Virus record (IMG/VR): IMGVR_UViG_2791355228_000001
Coordinates: 4,034-68,033 of that record
Source: a virus
DNA length: 64,000 bases
Reading direction: 5' to 3' (one strand)
The notes beneath the pieces were generated by a model, which did not search any database, was not told where the DNA came from, and was given only the letters and a program-made list of their open reading frames with translations. This document shows, in pieces, positions 58,100-64,000 of this stretch. Within the stretch, counting starts at the first letter, position 1, and each line of letters starts with the position of its first letter. A program made the translations under genes and the position numbers.

Positions 58100-58521
58100 T
58101 TACAACGGAAGAGATAGCGGTACGGGTATATCAAATGCTTATGGAAAGTGAAGTGAAAACCATGATTACAGGCAGCATTGACTATGAACGTAACGACTAC
58201 AGCAAAGAAGATGTGATTATAGTCCCTCATGCAATAGACGGTGAGGAATCCGTGCGTTACGGGCAAATCAACGTAAACATTCATGTGCCGGATAAGGTGA
58301 AGAAGCGTACAAATCCACCCGTGTACAGAATAGACTACCAGAGGCTGATAGACATAAGGAAAAAGGTTATTGCAGTCTTGCAGAACCACTACGAGATAGG
58401 AAGCGGTTATAACTGGAATATCGGTTTGATCAATCCTCCTATCAAAGAGCCAGACCATAACGAACACTTTGTTTCTATCGCTTTGGAGATAACAGTTAGA
58501 GAAAAGAAAATGAACCAATAA
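58096..58521 (+). CDS. Tail terminator (putative)
   Basis: GQINVNIHVPD; immediately before the tail tube gene. Confidence 0.55.
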   Translation: MITTEEIAVRVYQMLMESEVKTMITGSIDYERNDYSKEDVIIVPHAIDGEESVRYGQINVNIHVPDKVKKRTNPPVYRIDYQRLIDIRKKVIAVLQNHYEIGSGYNWNIGLINPPIKEPDHNEHFVSIALEITVREKKMNQ

Positions 58522-58532
58522 ATTTTACGACT

Positions 58533-59042
58533 ATGCCAGTATTATCAACAATGGGATTGAAGAAGATCTATGTTGCCGATGCAGAAGCTGACGGTACTAT
58601 GCCAGCAAAAGGCTCTGAATGGAAAGATCTTGGCGATGTGTATCAAGACACTTGCCAGCTTACCGATTCTGACCCTGAAACAACGGTACATAAGTCAGAA
58701 ACTTCAAGCAAGAAGATTACACAGGTAGGCGAAACTGAAACCACATTGGCACTTTCGCTGATGGATCCAGATCTGGATTTGCTTTCACGCTATTTTGGCG
58801 GAACTGTAGAGGGGGAAACTCCTAACCGTACGTGGGTAAGACCTAAGAAACTGCCTTATAAGGAATTTGCCATTTGGCAGCAGCCGGAAGAGGGCTTGTT
58901 TATCGGTTGCCCGAATGTGAGGATCATTCCGAAGTTCGAGATTACCTACTCTTCAACGGGTATCTGTCTTGTGCCGCTCACGATCCAGTATCAAGCCGAG
59001 TTGCAAATTGATGAGGCTATGACCGATCCGACTAAAGCGTAA
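58533..59042 (+). CDS. Major tail tube protein
   Basis: MGLKKI...LG.VYQDTC; followed by a terminator and chaperone genes. Confidence 0.7.
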   Translation: MPVLSTMGLKKIYVADAEADGTMPAKGSEWKDLGDVYQDTCQLTDSDPETTVHKSETSSKKITQVGETETTLALSLMDPDLDLLSRYFGGTVEGETPNRTWVRPKKLPYKEFAIWQQPEEGLFIGCPNVRIIPKFEITYSSTGICLVPLTIQYQAELQIDEAMTDPTKA

Positions 59043-59064
59043 TCCTGATGCTTTTATGTAACAG

Positions 59065-59102
59065 GAAAGCCTCCTGCAAGCAACGTAGGGGGCTTTCTTT
59101 TT
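59065..59102 (+). terminator. Intrinsic terminator after the tail tube gene
   Basis: GAAAGCCTCCT...AGGGGGCTTTC followed by a T-tract. Confidence 0.7.
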
Positions 59103-59115
59103 AACAGCAATATCT

Positions 59116-59760
59116 ATGGAAGAAAAGCCAAAAGAACTGACAAGAGAACAACAGCTTGAAATAGAAGAGCAAGCGATACAGGCACTTCTGGATATGGGGG
59201 TGAAATTCTCCGTGCCTTTGAAGATTAACCCGGTGAAGCCCCCAAAGTGGGTACGTTGGTGGAACAAGCATTTCCCTAACCATGTCAAGGTATGGCATGA
59301 CAGGCGGATTCCTAAAGACTGGAATGTGTCAGTAATGGAAATGCCGGACACGGATAAGGGGAAGATGGTAGAAGTATATATGCGCCAGTTCCATGTGAAG
59401 CCTCTGTATCTGGGTACTATTGACTATTTGAGGAAACTGTACCTACAAATAGAACTCAATGAGGAAAAGATACAGGAACAACCCACGCAAGAGGCAAAGA
59501 AGTATTTCAAGTACATTTCACTCATGGCAGAGATAGCCGCAGTTGCAGTAATCAACAACGGCTCAATCGCTAATCCAGTAAACAAACAGACAAAGGTACT
59601 CCGTGATTTCTTCATTGAGCATCTGACTGTACCACGTTTGAAGCAACTTGCCGATGTGATAAGCCAGATGATGAATGCCGGGGGTTTTACATCCTCTATC
59701 ATATCAATCAAGGAAGTAGGGAAAACGAAACCGAAGAGCAGAGCGGATATGATAGAGTAA
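59116..59760 (+). CDS. Tail assembly chaperone (gpG-like)
   Basis: Between the tail tube and tape measure genes. Confidence 0.6.
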   Translation: MEEKPKELTREQQLEIEEQAIQALLDMGVKFSVPLKINPVKPPKWVRWWNKHFPNHVKVWHDRRIPKDWNVSVMEMPDTDKGKMVEVYMRQFHVKPLYLGTIDYLRKLYLQIELNEEKIQEQPTQEAKKYFKYISLMAEIAAVAVINNGSIANPVNKQTKVLRDFFIEHLTVPRLKQLADVISQMMNAGGFTSSIISIKEVGKTKPKSRADMIE

Positions 59761-60014
59761 CCGGGCTAAACAGCCCGTGGGGTAATCGTGCGGAATTGCT
59801 GAAAATGTTCGGCTGGAGTTATGATTACTTGCTCTGGGGTATCTCTTGGATGAATGTAGAGCTGATGATGGCGGATATGGCAAGGACAAAGCCGATTCCG
59901 AAAACAGAAACGGATGAGAACGGATTACCGAAGCCAAAAACAGGAGAAAAGGTTATCCGTAGAGAACTCAAAACGAAAGAAGATATTAAGAACTATGTCA
60001 AAGGTTTAATTTAG
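59760..60014 (+). CDS. Tail assembly chaperone extension (gpT-like, -1 frame)
   Basis: TGLNSPWGNR..FGWSYDYLLWGISW..MMAD, open in the -1 frame across the gpG stop. Confidence 0.55.
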   Translation, partial: TGLNSPWGNRAELLKMFGWSYDYLLWGISWMNVELMMADMARTKPIPKTETDENGLPKPKTGEKVIRRELKTKEDIKNYVKGLI

Positions 60015-60015
60015 T

Positions 60016-63000
60016 ATGGAAAATATAGGTGGAGCATTAGCATTCAAAGCCACTCTTGATATAGATGATTTCAAAGTGTCAAGCGAAGCGATGGGGCGGT
60101 ATATCAAAAACGCCTCTGATAATGCCGTGCTGGAAGCAAACCGCATGGAGCAATCGTTTCTGACCTTTGCGCAAAACGGGGCAAGGTATATCGTTTCCTA
60201 CCTTGTTGGGCAAGGAATGATGAGCCTTGTTCAGAGCATTGTGCAAGTGCGTGGGCAGTTCCAGCAACTTGAACTGGCTTTCAATACCATGTTGAGAAGC
60301 ACCGAAAAATCACAGGTGCTTATGTCGCAACTGGTAGATACAGCCGCTAAAACTCCGTTTGACCTTACCAGCATAGCGCAAGGAGCAAAACAGATGCTTG
60401 CTTTCGGATCAAATGTGGGAAGCGTGGTAGATGAGATCGTGATGCTTGGAAACGTGGCTTCTGGTGTGAGTGCGCCACTTGGTGATCTTATCTATCTGTA
60501 TGGCACATTGAGATCGCAAGGCAGGGCATACACGGTGGATATTCGCCAGTTTGCCGGGCGTGGTATTCCTATCTATGAAGAGTTGGGCAAGGTGCTTAAC
60601 GCAGACAGGCAAGAACTGAACAAGCTGGTAACGGAGGGAAAAGTTGGATTCCCGGAAGTTGAAAAGGCATTTAAGAACATGACCAGTGAGGGCGGTATTT
60701 ATTTCAACCTCATGCAAGAGCAAAGTAAGTCGCTTACTGGTATGCTTTCCAACTTGGGCGATGCTTGGGATAGTGCGCTCAACAAGATCGGACAGGATAA
60801 TCAGGATTTGTTCACTGGGGCTATTCAGGGTGCGATAGACCTTGTGGAGAATATGGATCAGATTATCCGTATCGTACAGGCTGTTACCATTGCTTACGGA
60901 AGCTATAAAGCGGCAATCGTGCTGAATACCCTTGCAACAAAGGGCTACACGGGTGTTGCCATGATAGACAATACCGTTAAGCAGGCAAAGATCGCTCTAC
61001 TGAAAGCGGAAGCCAACATAACGGGACAAACAGCAGCCCAAACAAAGGCTATGACAGCCGCACAACAGGCTCATGTTGCCGCCTTGCAAAAGGAACTTAC
61101 AGCGGAAGAGCAAGCCAATCTGGTAAAGAAACTCCGCATTGCCACCATACAGCAGTTATTGACAGCCCAACAGCAGGAATACTTATCAAACCTTAACCTT
61201 ACCACTTCCTCTGCCAATTATGAGGCAGTGGCTACCTCTGTATTGACGGTTGAGCAAAGGGAGGCACTTAGCAAAACCGACCTATCGGCTAAGAGTGCCG
61301 TATATCGTGCCGCTCTGGAGCAAGAAGTGGCAGCGAAGCAAAGAAACAATGCCGCCACTCTGGAGGCTATGCGTACCGATGTCAAGGCAGCAGCACAAAA
61401 AGTGGAATCCGCCAAACAAACGGCTGTTTCTGCCATGCAAGCAACCGAAATGGCACGGTATGAACTGTATTGGGCAAGGCAAGCCGGGGATGCAACAAGG
61501 ATCGCCACGGCTGAAAAGAAACTGGAGGCAGCGCAAGACAACCAGAGTGCCGCCAGAAAAGCCGCCTTAGCCGCTCAAACAGATTTATACACTAAACGGA
61601 AGCAGTTGGAAGCAGCTGCAATTCAGCAATCACGGATAGCCTCATCCGTTGATACAGCAGCAAAGGCAGCACAAGCTACCACTACCAATGTTCTAACATT
61701 AGCGACAAGCAAACTTACAGCCTCATTTAAGGCATTGTGGCTGTCAATGAAAGCAAATCCTATTACATGGGTTGTATCATTGGTTGGAATGGCTTTCAGT
61801 GCGATTTCTATGCTTTCTTCAAAGACTAAAGAACTGGAGGAAGATACGGTAAGTTTGACTAATTCAACCAAACGGGCTACAGAGCGATTCAGTGAAGAAG
61901 CTGGAAAAGTTGAGGCTTTAGAGAAAATTATCAGAAATAGTAATGTTGCATACGATGAGCGCAACAAGGCTTTGAATGAACTGAAACAGATTATACCCGG
62001 ATATAATGCAGAATTGACAAAAGAGGGTACTATTATCAATGACAATGCCGATGCAATCCAGCGGTACTTGAGCTTGTTAGAAAAACAAATCAGGATGAAA
62101 GCGGCACAAGAGGAACTGGAAGCAGCTTATAGGGAAAAGAGGCTCAAAGAAAAAGAGATCATCCAAAAACAAGCAGCCTATGATGAAGCGAGTGCCAACG
62201 TTCCAGATGTAGCCTATGGCGATGCTGGAGCACAATATCAGATGTATGCTTTGAGGCAAGCAGGGAAAGCAGAAAGGCAACTAAAACAGGCTCAAAAGGA
62301 ACTCACAGACATAAACAAGACTATTGAAGCGTTGAACCAAGAGATCAGCGACACTTCAGGGGAAATAGACAAATCTTCCGAGAGTGCAAAAACTTATTCA
62401 GAGCAGATAGCAGACACGAGAACACAAATTGCCACGCTTACAAAAGAGTTGGAAGATTTGCGATCTGGAAAAGTTGTCAAAGACAATTTAGCAGGAGAGA
62501 TAGATGCCAAAATAAAAGAACTCAATACGGCAAAAAAGAATCTCGAATTGCTTACTGGTATTACAAGCTCTGGGAATAGCAGTAACAGCGCAAATCAGTT
62601 ATCACAGAAAGAACTGGAGGCACAACGTGAATTGGAAGAGGCACGTATCTCTATCATGGAAGATGGCTATGAGAAACGTAAAGCCATTCTGGACTTACAG
62701 CACAAAGAGAATCTGGATCGCATAGACAGAGAGGAAAGAGAACTGGAGAAAGCACGTAAAGCAGCCGGAAAAGGTGGATTGACTGCAACGGAGCAAGCCG
62801 GATTCGATGAGAGAAGAAGCATTGAGAATACCAGTTATCAGAGAGAGCAAAATAAGTTGTTTGATGGTGAAATAGCCTACAAAAAACAGCAGTATGAGTT
62901 GTATTTCCGCTGGGTGCGTAATCTGGGCGAAGATGTGGCGAACACACAGTTCGCAAACTTACTGAAAGGCGGTGCTTCATTCAAACAATATCTGGAAAAC

Positions 63001-64000
63001 CAGATAGCAGAAATGAACCAGAAGAAAGAAGCCGGAACACTGACAGAGGGCGAGGGAAACCACCTTATTTCCCTGAATATGCAATATGATGAGATAACGG
63101 GCGCAAAGTCCGCAATGGATCTTTTCAAGGAAAGTGTGACGGAAGCAATATCGCAAGCAAGCACACTTGCAGAGAGAGTGCAAGCCATAGCCGATGCCAA
63201 AGAAAGACTTGTAAGCGGAAGTACAGGGCTGGTAGGTGAAGATGAGAAAGCGGAAGCAAGCCTATTCATATCGGAGAAGCAGGCGGAAGCGGATAAAGAA
63301 ATTCAGGATAAGATACTGAACAACTACAGAAGTTATGAGGAACAAAAGAAAGCCATTCAGGATGAATATGCGATGTTGCGATCACAAGCCATTGCACAAA
63401 ACAATGAAGAGATCCTGAAGAAGTTGAATGAGGGCGAGAATGAGGCACTTTCCGCCTTAAATGCTTCATTCCTCATGCAGAGCGAAAGTTGGCGCAATCT
63501 GTTTACGGATCTTGATGCTTTGACAGTGGAGCAAATAGATAAGTTGGTAAGAGATATTCAAAGTAAGATGAATACCTCTGATATGAATCTAAATCCAGCG
63601 GATATGAAAGCCGTATTGGATAGGTTGGATGAGGCTAAACAAAAGATCCTTGATGTAAATCCGTTCAAATCATTAGGGAATGCAATAAAATCTGTTTTTG
63701 GAACGGCTGAACAAAAATCCAAGCATTCCAGCGGTAATATAAAAACGGATTGGAAGAATTTAGCATCTGCCACCGAGGGGTGTTTCAACTTCGTTAATGA
63801 TGCAATAGACAGTTGCGATGTATTGGGTGATTTACTTGGTGAAACTGGCAAATCCACTATCCAGATGATACAGGGTGTTGCCACCGCTGGTATCGCCATG
63901 TCAGCAGCCATAGCAACGGCTGAAAAAGGCTCTGTTATCCTTGCCGCCATATCCATTGCTTTACAGGCTATCCAGTGGATTGCCGGACTGTTTAACAATG
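60016..64000 (+). CDS. Tape measure protein, truncated by the window edge
   Basis: ORF from MENIGGALAFKATLD with AAKTPF...AKQMLAFG and QFAGRGIPIYEEL tape-measure domain, then Ala/Gln-rich helical sequence. Confidence 0.92.
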   Translation, partial: MENIGGALAFKATLDIDDFKVSSEAMGRYIKNASDNAVLEANRMEQSFLTFAQNGARYIVSYLVGQGMMSLVQSIVQVRGQFQQLELAFNTMLRSTEKSQVLMSQLVDTAAKTPFDLTSIAQGAKQMLAFGSNVGSVVDEIVMLGNVASGVSAPLGDLIYLYGTLRSQGRAYTVDIRQFAGRGIPIYEELGKVLNADRQELNKLVTEGKVGFPEVEKAFKNMTSEGGIYFNLMQEQSKSLTGMLSNLGDAWDSALNKIGQDNQDLFTGAIQGAIDLVENMDQIIRIVQAVTIAYGSYKAAIVLNTLATKGYTGVAMIDNTVKQAKIALLKAEANITGQTAAQTKAMTAAQQAHVAALQKELTAEEQANLVKKLRIATIQQLLTAQQQEYLSNLNLTTSSANYEAVATSVLTVEQREALSKTDLSAKSAVYRAALEQEVAAKQRNNAATLEAMRTDVKAAAQKVESAKQTAVSAMQATEMARYELYWARQAGDATRIATAEKKLEAAQDNQSAARKAALAAQTDLYTKRKQLEAAAIQQSRIASSVDTAAKAAQATTTNVLTLATSKLTASFKALWLSMKANPITWVVSLVGMAFSAISMLSSKTKELEEDTVSLTNSTKRATERFSEEAGKVEALEKIIRNSNVAYDERNKALNELKQIIPGYNAELTKEGTIINDNADAIQRYLSLLEKQIRMKAAQEELEAAYREKRLKEKEIIQKQAAYDEASANVPDVAYGDAGAQYQMYALRQAGKAERQLKQAQKELTDINKTIEALNQEISDTSGEIDKSSESAKTYSEQIADTRTQIATLTKELEDLRSGKVVKDNLAGEIDAKIKELNTAKKNLELLTGITSSGNSSNSANQLSQKELEAQRELEEARISIMEDGYEKRKAILDLQHKENLDRIDREERELEKARKAAGKGGLTATEQAGFDERRSIENTSYQREQNKLFDGEIAYKKQQYELYFRWVRNLGEDVANTQFANLLKGGASFKQYLENQIAEMNQKKEAGTLTEGEGNHLISLNMQYDEITGAKSAMDLFKESVTEAISQASTLAERVQAIADAKERLVSGSTGLVGEDEKAEASLFISEKQAEADKEIQDKILNNYRSYEEQKKAIQDEYAMLRSQAIAQNNEEILKKLNEGENEALSALNASFLMQSESWRNLFTDLDALTVEQIDKLVRDIQSKMNTSDMNLNPADMKAVLDRLDEAKQKILDVNPFKSLGNAIKSVFGTAEQKSKHSSGNIKTDWKNLASATEGCFNFVNDAIDSCDVLGDLLGETGKSTIQMIQGVATAGIAMSAAIATAEKGSVILAAISIALQAIQWIAGLFNN

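Larger units (their letters stand above)
22996..64000. mobile_element. Temperate siphovirus-like prophage (continues right of the window)
   Basis: Integrase remnant, cI/cro, RecT, initiator and loader, terminases, portal, capsid, tail tube and tape measure in canonical order. Confidence 0.95.

Noticed and set aside
1..64000. tRNA/rRNA genes, reverse transcriptase, relaxase and lysis genes
   Set aside because: None recognised by eye. Relaxase/oriT and tail-fibre, lysis or DGR genes may lie outside the window; a tRNAscan/Infernal run would be needed to exclude small RNA genes.

Overview
Bacteroidales DNA (TAnnTTTG-type promoters, Bacteroides-type tra genes) made up of two nested mobile elements. 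(1) 1 to about 22,995 is the right part of a conjugative transposon/ICE, almost all on the minus strand: tandem tyrosine integrases, two excisionase-like HTH genes, an AAA helicase and primase with intervening repeats, a three-gene HTH/nucleotidyltransferase/metallophosphoesterase operon, and a tra operon (traE x2, traF, fimbrillin-like lipoprotein, traG, three secreted proteins, an antirepressor, traJ, partial traK). (2) About 22,995 to 64,000 is a temperate siphovirus-like prophage. Only the C-terminal fragment of a tyrosine integrase remains at its left end, apparently cut by the ICE at the ARHS catalytic motif. It is followed by a 12-copy TTTGCCTAAGCAAA array, a cI/cro switch, recombination and replication genes, terminases, portal, a MuF protein with a C-terminal nuclease toxin domain, an opposite-strand moron block (antirepressor, AbiF-like HEPN protein, HU-like protein), head and tail genes and a partial tape measure. 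The most unusual signals are non-coding or cryptic: a structured, pseudoknot-capable RNA convergent on the MuF toxin gene, which has no protein immunity gene; a terminated RNA leader in front of AbiF; a DGR variable-region-like segment in an early gene; a poly-G frameshifted methyltransferase; an 8-site palindromic operator; and an iteron-like array outside the initiator gene. All calls come from motif recognition by eye; no searches or folding programs were run.
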